Shown here piece after piece: positions 39,198-51,641 of a DNA stretch of 64,000 nucleotides (its first letter is position 1; each line of letters opens with the position of its first letter). Source of the stretch: the human T2T-CHM13v2.0 reference genome, Homo sapiens. The notes under the pieces were generated by a model. The model made no database searches, was not told the origin of the DNA, and saw only the letters and a list, made by a program, of their open reading frames with translations. The position numbers and the translations under genes are program-made. The DNA is taken from NCBI RefSeq assembly GCF_009914755.1, contig NC_060930.1; one strand, 5' to 3'.

Positions 39198-41023
39198 TTT
39201 AGGATAGTTAAATCTTTTTTTGAATGAAATCCTTCATCATTATGTAATGTCCATTTGTCCCTTTTTTACTGTTGTTGGTTTAAAGTATGTTTTACCTGAT
39301 ATAAGAATAGCCATCCCTGCTGTTTTTTGTTTTCCCTTTGCATGACATATCTTTCTCCATCCCTTTACTTTGAGCCTATGGGTGTCATTATGTGTTAGAT
39401 GTGTCTCTTGAAGACAGCAAAAGGAATGATCTTGTTTTCTTTATCCAATTTGCCACTCTATTTCTTCTTAGTGGAGCATTTAGACCATTTACATTCAAGG
39501 TTAAAATTGGTATGTGAGGTTTTATTGCTGTCATAATGTTGTTAGGTAGTTGCTCTGTAGTCTCAATTATGTAGTTTCTTTATAAGGTCAGTGGGCTATG
39601 TGCTTGCATGTGCTTTTGTGGTAGCAAGTATCATTCTTTTATTTCGGTGTTTAGAATTCTCTTAAGCCTCTCTTGTAGGACTGGTCTAGTGACGATGAAT
39701 TTCTTCAGCAATTGTTTGTCTGCGAAAGACTTTATTTCTCCTTCATTTATGAAGTTTAGATTGGTGGGATATGAAATTATTGGCCGGCATTTCTTTTCAT
39801 CAGTGATGCTGCAAATGGGTCCCAGACTCTTCTACCTTCTAAGGTTTCTGCTGAGAAGTCTGTTGTTTGTCTAATGGGTTTCCCTTTGTAGATAATATTA
39901 CCCTTTTCTCTAGTTGCCTTTAAGATTTTTCCCTTTTGCGTTGACCTTGGATAGTCTGATGATTATCTGCCCTGGGGATCGTCTTCTTGCATAGTATCTC
40001 CCATGAGTTTTCTGGATTTCTTGTATCTGTATATTGACTTCTCTAGCAAGTTTGGGGAAATGTTCCAGAATTATATCCTCAAATATGTTTTCCAAGTTGC
40101 TTACTTTCTCTTCTTTCTTGGCAATTCCAATAAGTCACAGATTTGGTGGCTTTACATAATCTGATATTCTAGAAGTCTGTTCATTTATAAAATACTTTTT
40201 TCTGTATTTTTGTCTGTCTGGGTTGATTCAAAGGACTGTTTCTTTGAGCTCTGAGATTCTTTATTCTGCTTGGTCTAGTGTGTTATTAATGCTTTCAACT
40301 GTATTTTGAAATGTCTGCAGTGGGTGTTTCAATTCTTTATTTTATTTTATTATTTATTTATTTATTATTATACTTTAAGTTCTGGGATACATGTGCAGAA
40401 TGTGCAGATTTGTTACATAGGTATAAATGTGCCATGGTGGCTTGCTGCACCCGTCAACCCGTCATCTACATTAGATACTTCTCCTAATGCTATCCCTCCC
40501 TTAGCCTCCCACCCCTCAACAGAACCTGGTGTGTGATGTTCCCCTCCCTGTGTCCATGTGTTCTCATTGTTCAACTCCCTCTTTTGAGTGAGAACATGCA
40601 GTGTTTGGTTTTCTGTTCCTGTGTTAGTTTGCTGAGAATGATAGTTTCCAGCTTTATCTGTGTCCTGCAAAGGACATGAACTCATCCATTTTTATGGCTG
40701 GATAGTATTCCATGGTGTATATGTGCCACATTTTCTTTATCCAGTCTATTACTGATGGGCATTTGGGTTGGTTCCAAGTCTGCTTTTGTGAATAGGGCTG
40801 CAATAAATATACATGTGCATGTGTCTTCCAGTAGAATGATTTATAATCCTTTGGGTATATACCCAGTAATGAGATTGCTGGGTCAAATTGTATTTCTGGT
40901 TCTAGATCCTTGAGGAATCACCACACTGTCTTCCACAATGGTTGAACTAATTACACTCCCACCAACAGTATAAAAGCATTCCTATTTCTCCACATCCTCT
41001 CCAGCATCTGCTGTTTCCTGACT

Positions 41024-41340
41024 ATTTATTTATTTATTTATTTATTTATTTATTTGAGATGGAGTCTCGCTCTGTCACCCAGGCTGAAGTGCAGTAGCAC
41101 GATCTCGGCTCACAGCAAGCTCCGCTTCCCAGGTTCATGCCATTCTCCTGCCTCAGCCTTCCGAGTAGCTGGGACTACAGGGGCCCGCCACCACACCCAG
41201 CTAATTTTTTTTGCATTTTTAGTAGAGACGAGGTTTCACCGTGTTAGCCAGGATGGTCTTGATCTCCTGACCTCATGATCCGCCCGCCTCGGCCTCCCAA
41301 AGTTCTGGGATTACAGGCATGAGCCACCGTGCCCAGACCA
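41024..41340 (-). mobile_element. Full-length AluY-like SINE
   Basis: Dimeric Alu with gcaagctccgc and ccgtgttagccaggatggtct diagnostics and a (TTTA)n tail. TSD gtttcctgact at 41013-41023 and 41341-41351. Confidence 0.95.
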
Positions 41341-42610
41341 GTTTCCTGACTTTTTAATGATTGCCATTCTAACTGGCACAATGAGATGGTATCTCATTGT
41401 AATTTTGATTTGCATTTCTGTAATGACCAGTGATGATGAGCTTTTTTTCATATGTTTATTGGCTGCATAAATGTCTTATTTCGAGAAGTGTCTGTTCATA
41501 TCCTTCATTCACTTTTTGATGGGGTTGTTTTTTTCTTGTAAATTTGTTTAAGTTTCTTGTAGATTCTGGATATTAGCCCTTTGTCAGATGGATAGAATGC
41601 AAAAATTATCTCCCATTCTGTAGGTTGTCTATTCACTCTGATGATAGTTTCTTTTGCTGTGCACAAGCTCTTTAGTTTAATTAGATCCCATTTGTCAATT
41701 TTGGCTTTTGTTGCCTTTGCTTTTGGTGTTTTAGTTATGAAGTCTTTGCCCATGCCTATGTCCTGCATGGTTTAGAAAAAAAAAAAAAAAAAAGCAGTGT
41801 TTATAGGGAAATTTATAGCACTAAATGCCCACAGGAGAAAGTGGGAAAGATCTAAAATAGACATGCTAACATCACAATTAAAAGAGAAGCAAGAGGAAAC
41901 AAATTCAAAAGCTAGCAGAAGACAAGAAGTAACTAAGATCAGAGCAGAACTGAAGGAGATAGAGACATGAAAAACCCTTCAAAAACTCAATGAATCCAGG
42001 AGCTGATTTTTTGGAAAGATTAACACAATAGACCTCTAGCCAGACTAATAAAGAAGAAAAGATAGAAGAATCAAATAGACACAATAAAAAATGATAAAGG
42101 GGATCCCACAGATCCCACAGAAATACAAACTACCATCAGAGAATACTATAAACACCTCTACGCAAATAAACTAGAAAATCTAGATGAAATGGATAAATTC
42201 CTGGACACATACACCCTCCCAAGTCTAAACCATAAATAATTTGAATCCCTGAATAGACCAATAACAAGTTCTGAAATTTAGGCAGTAGTTAATAGCCTAC
42301 CAACCATAAAAAGCCCAGAACCAGACAGATTCATAGCCAAATTCTACGAGAGGTAAAAAGAGGAGCTGGTACTATTCCTTCGGAAACTATTCCAAACAAT
42401 AGAAAAAGAGGGAATTCTTCCTAACTCGTTTTATGAGGCCAGCATCATCCTGATACCAAAACCTGGCAGAGACACAACAAAAAAGGAACATTTCAGGCCA
42501 ATATCCCTGATGAAAATCAATGTGAAAATCCTGAATAAAATACTGGCAGACTGAATCCAGCCGCACATCAGAAAGTTTATCCCCATGATGAAGTCAGCTT
42601 CATCCCTGCG

Positions 42611-43162
42611 ATGCAAGGCTGGTTCAACATACGCAAATCAAAAAACGTAATCCATCACATAAACAGAACCAACAACAAAAACCACATGATTATCTCAATA
42701 GATGCAGAAAAGGCCTTCGACAAAATTCAACAGCCCTTCATGCTAAAAACTCTCAATAAACTAGGTAATGATGGAACATATCTCAAAATAGTAAGAGCTG
42801 TTTATGACAAACCCACAGCCAATATCATACTGAATGGGCAAAAGCTGGAAGCATTCCCTTTGAAAACCGGCACAAGACAAGGATGCCCTCTCTCACCACT
42901 CCTATTCAACATAGTATTAGAAGTTCTGGCCAGGGCAATCAGGCAAGAGAAAGAAATAAAGGGCATTCAAATAGGAAGAGAGGAAGTCAAATTGTCTCTG
43001 TTTGCAGATGACATGATTGTATATTTAGAAAACCCCATCATCTCAGCCCCAAATCTCCTTAAGCTGATAAGCAGCTTCAGCAAAGTTTCAGGATACAAAA
43101 TCAATGTGCAAAAATCACAAGCATTCCTGTACACCAATAATAAACAAAGAGTCAAATCATGA
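42611..43162 (+). pseudogene. L1 ORF2 RT core fragment (183 aa) in the inverted segment
   Basis: [24 protein letters not shown] and [10 protein letters not shown] motifs. Confidence 0.9.
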
Positions 43163-46074
43163 GTGAACTCCCATTCACAATTGCTTCAAAGAGAATAAAA
43201 TACCTAGGAATCCAACTTACAAGGGATGTGAAGGACCTCTTCAAGAAGAACTACCAACCACTGCTCAGGGAAATAAGAGAGGACATGAACAAATGGAAAA
43301 ACATTTCATGCTCATGGATAGGAAGAATTCTATGTTAACATTTCGTGTTAATAATATCGTGAAAATGGCCATACTGCCCAAAGTAATTTATAGATTCAAT
43401 GCTATTCTCCTCAAGCTACCATTGACTTTCTTCACAGAATTAGACCATTTCCATTCTTAAAGTTCTGTTAGGTTCTTTCTCAATATATGTCTTCTTTCAA
43501 ATCTTGGATTGTTTTTCTGGCTTGTGTTGGATTTCAGCTTCCTCTTGGATCTCATTGAGTTACTTTTGAATCCATATTCTGAATTCTACAACTGTCCTTT
43601 CAGATATTTCATTCTTGTTAGGATTCATTGCTTGGGAGCTAGTGGGATCCTTTGCAGGTGATGAGTCACTCTGGCTTTTTGTATTGCTGGAGTTCTTGTG
43701 CTGGTTCCTTTTCATCTGAGACAGCTGACATCTGTAGCTGTTGTTGTTGTTGTTCTTCTTCTTGTCTTCTTCTTTGAATTTGTTATTGTTTAGATGCGGC
43801 TTCTTGATGTTTTTATTCTTTTTTCCTTTGGGGGTATGACTGCAATGTATATTGTGTACAATTAAGTGGCTTAGATTCTGGGTGCTTTTAAGGTGCCAAG
43901 GCTACTTGATTGCAAATAGTTTTGTACAGTGGCTCTCTCAGATGTTGCTTGTTGTGGTGATGTAATTTTGTTTGGCAATATCATTCAGGCTTCAGTCCAG
44001 TAGGTGTGGCTTATAAGTAAGAGCTAGCAGGTAGGACCATGGGCAGAGGCAATAGAGTATTGCAGAAACCACTCTACTGCAGCATTCATTTGCCTTCAAT
44101 TGGGATGGAACAGCTGGAGAAGCCTCAGTTGTGGGCCCATCCTCTCTGGGCCCGACAAGAAGAGTCACTGCTAAGTCTATGACAGTGTACTAAGGTTGGG
44201 GTGGGGGGCAAGAGCTAACCCTCTCTATGTCTATTCCCAGGGTTTGGTGCTGCTGCCTTCAGTGGCTGGAGATATGTTCATGTTTCCTTTGACTCAAAGT
44301 GGGCTTTGATGGGTTATGCTTTCCTCTCCCTTAGGGGCTGACTGTACTGAGTGTTAGATCTCCAGGGGAGTGGGTTCGCCTCCCTTCCACTCATCAGGGC
44401 TGATGGGGCACTCTCCTGCAACTGACCAAGGGAGCAGGCTGAGGCACTCAGCAGTGGCATAACCAGAGTGGTTCCAGGTTGCAAAGTTATCCCTGGCTGC
44501 GACTCTTGCCCCTCAGGAGACACCTCAGCCTCAGCTACTTTCCTCCTGCTCTGGTCTTGTGGTGGGAGAGAGCCTAATTCTGACACCTACTGCTGGGACA
44601 CTCTCCACATTTACCACTCAATTCTGGCTGTGGGTGCTCTTCTTCCATTCCAGAGCAAGTGCTTCAGTCTCTGGCTTGAGAACAAAGTGCCTGCTGTGGC
44701 TACCACTGCCACGTTGCCAGACAGTGTCTCTAAACTCTCAAAATGGTGCCAACTGTGGGCTTGTGACCAGAGAGGGCAGGGCTTCTATCAGGTTGACATA
44801 GTATCATGGGCAAGAAGCTGTCGGGAGTATGGTCTACTCAAGTCTTGGTCTCACTGCAGCCCATAATAGGGCATTGGGTATTGTCCTGGGTATGCATAGA
44901 AGGCCCTGGATTCCCTGTCCCTCTGGCTAGGTGGGGGCTACAGCTGTGTCAGCCCAAATTCAGGCTGAGGGTGGGGCACAGCCTGGCATTGTACTCTCAA
45001 AATGATGCCTTGGGCCTGCATCCAGGGAGGGTGGAGCACTGCCCAGGCAAGCAGCACGGACAAGAAGCTGTAGAGAGTGCAGTTCACTGGCATCTCAGTC
45101 TCACAGCAGTCTGTTGCAAATCAGTGGGTATTGCTTATGTTAAATATGTGTATGATGGCCTGGTTTCCCCGACCCTTTTTTGGCTGGGCAGTGGCTGCAG
45201 CACATCAGTCTAAGCTCAGGCTGAAGGTGGGGTGCATTCCATTGTTAAACTCTTGAAATGATGCCTTAGGACTGGAACCAGAGGGTGTGGGGAATCATCT
45301 AGGCAAGAAGTGTGAGCAAGAAACTGTAAGGAGTGCAGGCCACTTGTATCTCAGCCTGAACGGCAGCTTGTAAGAAGGTAGCAATTACCCTCCCGGGGGT
45401 GTGCCTCCCTCCCTCCCTCTCCCTCCTTGGAGCAGTGCAGTGGTTGTAGCCCTATGTGTAGGTACCCAGTATCTGGGCTCTCAAAATGGCTCCCAGCTGA
45501 GGCTGCTCCAGGCTTGGATGCCTGTGAGATTTTGTGTGGGTTCCCTTTCTGGAGCAACAGCTCTGTGCAAACTTCAGGCAGCTCTGTACAACAGGGATGA
45601 GGATCCAGTGGATAGAGGGTTTCTCCCATGACCTAGATCATTAAAGCCTGTTTTAGAGCTTTAGGGATTTCTCTCTTATTGTTTTCCCCCATCTAGGAGC
45701 CTCTCCTGGCTCCTATTCAGTCCCCAGCTGGGCAAGATGCCTTGAATCCTCTACTTAGTTACTTCTGGTACTTCCCTTCTCTTTGATGAATTCAAGGCAT
45801 TCTCTCCTAGATGATCTGTTCTGAATGTTTCTACTTACTATTCTAGCTCTTCTCTGTGGAGGAGACACACACCACTTGTGTCTAGTCAGCCACTTTGATC
45901 CCTTCCAAATTCAGATTTTTCTTTGTTGTGGAAGTGTCTGATAAAACCTGGAGCCTGATAGCGTGCTTATCATATGATAGACATTCAGTTACTATTTGGT
46001 GATGATGATGGATTTTAGGTCAAATATATCTTGAGAGCTAGAGTCTTTTTGTGAACAAGAGTAATAAAAAGAAC

Positions 46075-46330
46075 AAATTATTAAACATTTATTTTAGGCA
46101 AGATGCTAAACATTCTGTATGGATTTAAAAAAAGGCATTGTTAAACTAACCCTAGGAGACAGATATTATTTTCCCTATCTCAGAGATGGAAACAAACTAA
46201 AATGAAAAAAAGAAGAAACAGAGTTAGAGGTATTGACCAATATTTTAGTTAGAAACTGGACTGCTTGAGTCCTGCTTTGAAGCAAGATATTTTTACCCTA
46301 GAGTTTCTCCTCTTAACCAACCACTACATT
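46075..46330 (-). mobile_element. MIR SINE
   Basis: aggcaagatgctaaac...attattttccctatctcagagatggaaac...ctcttaaccaacc. Confidence 0.65.
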
Positions 46331-46862
46331 ATTCTGCCTTTGCCATGTGATGCTCCAAAGTTGTGCTAATAACCATCCAAGAGGTAATTTAAGGGAAGCA
46401 CTGAATTCAGTAAAGAAGTCTATCATAGAAAGTACACACTTTTGGACCAATTTGGTATGGTAACAGGAAGTCTTGATTTTTATAGAAGATGGCTTGTTAG
46501 ATACCAGTTTAATTAGCCAACTTCCTCTTGGGTCTCAATGTACTTGTTATCTCCATCTACTCTGTGACTGACCCTGATAATTGTTTGTCTCCTGCAGCTG
46601 GCAATGTGCCTTAACGAAATAGCTATGTAGTAAGTGAGTTGCTGTCTACATGTTTTATGCCACAAAAATGAATGGAGTATGCCAAGAAGTGACAAGTGTG
46701 AGAGGGCAGATAAGTTTATTTAGCCATAATGTACATGACATGTAAAATATTAAAATATATAAATGTATATGCTTAGACTCATTATCTTTCATATTCTGTC
46801 TCTTCTTTATAAAACTGAATACGAATAGTTCTTAGAAGCCTATTGCAGAACAGGGCAATTCT

Positions 46863-47140
46863 TTTTTTTTTTTCCTTCAACTTTTATTTTAAGTTCCAGG
46901 ATACATGTGCAGGATGTGCAGGTTTGTTACATAGGTAAACGTGTGCCATGGTGGTTTGCTGCATACATCAACCCATCACCTAGCTATTAAGCCCAGCATC
47001 CATTAGCTATTCTTCCTGATTCTCTTCCTTTCCCCAACCCCTTGACAGACCCCAGTGTGTGTTTTTTCCCACCATGTGTACATGTGTTCTCATTGTTCAT
47101 TTCTCGCTTATAAGTGAGAACATGTGGTGTTTGGTTTTCG
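46863..47140 (-). mobile_element. Short 5'-truncated L1 3' end (L1PA8-10-like)
   Basis: Poly-T plus 3'UTR. 16-bp TSD agaacagggcaattct (46847-46862) / agaacagagaaattct (47141-47156). Confidence 0.92.
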
Positions 47141-48434
47141 AGAACAGAGAAATTCTATTCTAGGGCCAAGAGGTAGCACAGGGCTCATTTCAAGATGCAG
47201 CAGAGGCTTGCTCTATTGTCTACCTGGAGCAGGGAGTAGATTTCCCAAATGCATAACTTGAAAACTCCCAGAGTTTTCTTCAACAGAGGTATTATATGAC
47301 TTCCAGAAGTTAAAGACCATGCTTTTCAGCCAGGAGGTATATACCTTGAATTATTTCTTATACGCTAAAATTATTTCTCATAGGTTAAAAATATTTAGAG
47401 CTGCTATGCAGATAAATAGAATAATGCCATTTTCCTTACAAAAAAAGGTCGATAAAGTAATTATCAGAATTCTTTATTTTTAGTTTGTTTCTAGCCAAGT
47501 AGGGATCAAGCTCTTTATTTTAGAATACCTAAACAAGTATCCCCAAACTTGTATGACATTTCTGCTTTTATAGTCTGGAAATACTCCAGCAGATTTGACA
47601 TTCACCAAAATTATTCCCTTCTATTTTTTCACCTAATTTATATATTTTGTTATATTTATTCCTGTACAATTAATGCTCCCTAAATTGGAAGTTTATTGTT
47701 GTAATCTTGCCTTTATTCTCTTATTTTCATTATTTTAGTTTACAAATTAGTTGCATACATGTGTTATGATTACTGTGACAAGTGTCAGAATATTGTTGTT
47801 TTTAAAATCACTCTGAAATTTTTATCTTATCTTTTCTTAGTCAAATTTTGCATAGATGCAAAACCATTCTAACTCTAATAAGATTGAAATCAGCCATATT
47901 TTGCAGAACAATTTCAGCTTTTGTGCTGTTTTAAATTTTATTTATGTTTTATGTTACAATAATATCTGATTTTTCTAAGAAGCAGAAAAAGTGTATATAT
48001 TTTTATCCAACAGTAGTTGCCTTCCAAGCCTCTTTTTTTTAACAAGTTTTCAGCATAAGTGTCAAGCTAAATCATTTTTTACTTCAGAACTCTAGTGTTC
48101 TGTATATTAGAGGTAACCTCCATTATATTATAAGCTATTCTTCAGTAACGGCTTCTCCTTCTGAAAAGGATCTATCTCTTTACTGCTTAGTGCCCACTGG
48201 TAAATTTTACTTGGTTGTGGATGAAGAACTGGGAAAACCAATTATCTCAGCCTTGCACATTTCCCTAGTCAGGGATCAGTCATGTGCTTTAATCATGGTG
48301 TCATGTAATGCCTAAGCTGTTTCTGGCTTTGCACTGAATTGCCACAACTGCCTATCATACTTCGACTACTCTTGAAAATAGATCCACATCTCTTCGGTTT
48401 TATTGCCTGATTCATGGGCATATATTTTGCATTG

Positions 48435-48600
48435 GCGATAGTGTAGTGTGATGAAGGAAACATTAAAAATTCAGTGTCAGAAGGTCTGATTTCAGTGCTG
48501 GCTCTACCAATCATTAAACATTTGATGTTGGGCACATTGCTGATCCTGAGCAGTTGAGTTTCAGAAGCTTCAATGATAAAATGTGGTTTATTAAAACAAC
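48435..48600 (+). mobile_element. MIR SINE fragment
   Basis: atagtgtagtg...gtgtcagaaggtctgatttcagtgctggctctacc...gatgttgggca. Confidence 0.6.
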
Positions 48601-50099
48601 AATTTTAAAAATTTAAGGATTTTCACAATTTAAGCTTATATTTGTATATGATGAGTTTTATTACATATTTATAAGGTTATATATAATTATATGTAAATAT
48701 AGTTTTAATTATATATTATAAATTATATGTTACATTTTACACATTACACATTACACATTACAGTATGTGTTATATGTTATGTATGCAAATATATGTTTTT
48801 CCTTTTGGTTTTATTTCAAAATGATGTGCTTTATCCCAGATGAATCAGTGTATTCACTCCTTTGTCTTTTTTAGTTTCAGACATTACTTCTTTTTTGCTC
48901 TCAAAGCATGGCAGGGGACTTCAGCAGTCTCTTGTTTAAATAGTTGCTCACCCTAGCATACTGGTTGATCTTAGAGAACATGGATTGTAATGTGTACCAA
49001 TTCCCAATACTTAGGAGGCTCCCTAGACCTAGGAAGTGTTTGTTTCAGGTTCAAAATATTTCAAGGACAGTCTCTAGTCATTGTGTTTAATAGAGTCTGC
49101 AGTCTAAATCTAAATGTCATACTACTGGATGACCAAAATATCCTAGTAGCCCTAGAATGGGGAAATTAATTATGTCTAGCCTGTCAGCAAAGGTTCCACA
49201 TTATAGCAAGCTCTAGTAGTTAAGTAAGATTATGTTAGTCAGTCACAGCTGGGGTAAACATAGATTCTAAGAAGAAAGAATAGTATAAGCAAATAGAGAT
49301 GGAAAATTTCTATGAAGTGTTTGAGAAATGGTAAGAAGTCCAATTTTTAAATTTTTATGAATTTAAGTATATTTTATAAATTTAATATAAATAATAATAT
49401 TCTTTATAAAAAGAGGAAAAGAATAAGAAAATAGCTTAAAAGGATCAGATTGTAAAAGGTATGTTTTGGGTGTTCAAAGCTGGGTTAAATCCGAAGTATC
49501 AGGGTCAGAATTTTTTTTTAATTACTCTGAGATTCTTGATTCATAATAAAAATATCATGATGATATTTTGTTTTATTTATTAATTATTTGATCCCATAGA
49601 GATAATCTTTGCATACACAAACACAAATGCTAGCAAAGATTATGATGAAGTATTAAAACTGGGAAAACTGGGCGATACATATTTGAACATAAAATTCCTC
49701 TAAAATATATTTATAAAAACCTGGTAGAGTTGATTGATAGTAGGATAAATTTTAGACCTATAGCCAACCCAACTTGGGGTTCAGCCTCATAAACTTTATT
49801 ATATTTAGTTCCTCTATGCTTTCTACTATATTTAAGATGAATATTTTGGAGCTAGATGTGATATAATGATTTCAACTCCATTCCCCTCCCTCACAACAGC
49901 CTTACTGTCTACCTTGGAGACTAGAATCTGGCCCTGGTGATCATTTGTACTCACATTTGGACTGTTGAATTTCACAGGTTGAGAAGTCTAAGGTGAAGTA
50001 AGAGGCTTTTAAATCTTACATGTATTATGTAAATAAAAGTCTTTATATAATCCATGATTAGAAAAAAATTCAAGGAAGCAAAATGGAAGATGATGGAAA

Positions 50100-50500
50100 A
50101 ACAGAGACTAGAGCTATGAGGACAAGTTAGATGTCAAGAAAAGGTTGTTGAAGAATTGAATTAGAGCAATGAGGATTTGATGTAGAGTGTATACTACTTG
50201 AGTGATTGTTAGGGAGTGAGAAATTGGAGAAGTTGAAGAAAATTCTGAAGTGTCTAGCGTGGGTACCTGGTTAATGGTGATACTGTTAACTGGTAGAGAA
50301 GAAAGAACAAGCTGAAACAATATGTTGAGAAAATGAAAAGGGTAAGGTGAATTAAATGGTTGAGGAATGTGGCAAAGGTTTAGAATATCCTCTTTAGGTA
50401 AAATAAATGGTAGCAATCATAGCAAAAGGGATGAATAAAAATTATATTTAACCTCAGTAATGTCACAGCTAAGATTGACAAACAGGGATTGGCTGGGCAC
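50100..50500 (-). mobile_element. L2 fragment
   Basis: Purine-rich, with ctgaagtgtctagcgtgggtacctggttaatggtgatactgttaactg. Confidence 0.6.
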
Positions 50501-51122
50501 ATTACAAGGTGGCTGGGCTACATGATTCTCTAGTGAAATGTAAGATTGGATGGCACATACCACTTAGTAACAAATGAAAGACTATTGTGAATGACAGGGT
50601 TTGCCAATGAAGTGGCTCAGATTCCAGTTCGAAGGGAAGATAATCAGCGTAACTCTGCAACATCTGCACAGTTAGAAATAGAGAAAGATGATTCAAATCA
50701 TATACTCAGCAGTAGATAGAGGCATCTACTGAAAAGAAAACCTGCTGCTTTATTTCAAAAATGCATTCCCACAGACTAATACATACTTTAATGTATTGGT
50801 GCCTACACATCCTGAATATAGAATTATATTTTATGTTATTTTAATTGCACCCCTCTTTTGTATATCTTAATAGAATTAGTGAATGAATCCAGGAATATTG
50901 CATCTTTAGGAAACTAATGGTCAGTGGTGTGTTTTGATCAATATCCAGTAGGGATTGAATGTGGGAAAATGATTTTATGAAAATATCCCTTTATCTTTTA
51001 GTGGCCTGTTCATTCAATTTTTATCCTAATGTTGCAGTGAGTTATTTTGCTTTTCTTATTTAACAGCTAACAGCAATGGCAACAAAACTTTTGCCTACCT
51101 CATTTGATTAGAGAATTTCAGT

Positions 51123-51619
51123 TGTTAGAAATAACACTCAAAATCCTAAGGAAATTGGACACTCAAACAAAGGATTTTAGCAAAGCAATTTTACTTCTGT
51201 GCAGAGGGGTGCTTCTCCTTGGCCAGTTGCCATGAGAGCACACCTGTACAAAGGGGTACAAGAACCTTTATTCCTGATGCAAGTCCTGTCCCTGTGCTCT
51301 TTCCCCATTGGGTCAGGCTGCACAATCTAAACTAGTCCCAGTTGGCTAAACATTTGAACTTTCTTTAGATAAGGTGGGCACATAAAGGAGAGAGGGGAAA
51401 GGAGAAGCCATGTTTGCAAGGAGCTAGAGAGCGTCTTCTTTCCAAATAAGGAAAGGAATGTGAGCTGGTGCTGATAACACCTGGTATTGTGGCATGTCTA
51501 GGCATGTAACAAAGGTAGAAAGAAACAAAGAGAAGAAAAAGAGAAAAAGTGGGGTACTATGAATTAAAGAATAAAGGATTGATCCAGCTATTTGAAGAGA
51601 AACCTTATCATATCTCACA
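51123..51619 (-). repeat. 3' LTR (497 bp, LTR10B-like)
   Basis: Direct repeat of 57817-58322. Minus-strand AATAAA near 51267-51272. Confidence 0.95.
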
Positions 51620-51638
51620 GCTTTCTCCTTCTTCTTTG
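51620..51638 (-). promoter_or_regulatory. Polypurine tract
   Basis: Minus strand caaagaagaaggagaaagc immediately before the 3' LTR. Confidence 0.85.
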
Positions 51639-51641
51639 TTT

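Larger units (their letters stand above)
40338..43444 (-). mobile_element. 5'-inverted L1 (L1PA7-like) nested in the host L1 ORF1
   Basis: Degenerate T-rich tail. Minus body runs to 41771 and the inverted plus-strand ORF2 segment is ~41791-43444. TSD tttcaattctt (40327-40337) / tttccattctt (43448-43458). Confidence 0.9.

Noticed and set aside
44314-45631. Several 76-135 aa ORFs on both strands
   Set aside because: They fall in the GC-richer L1 5'UTR monomers and have no domain signatures.
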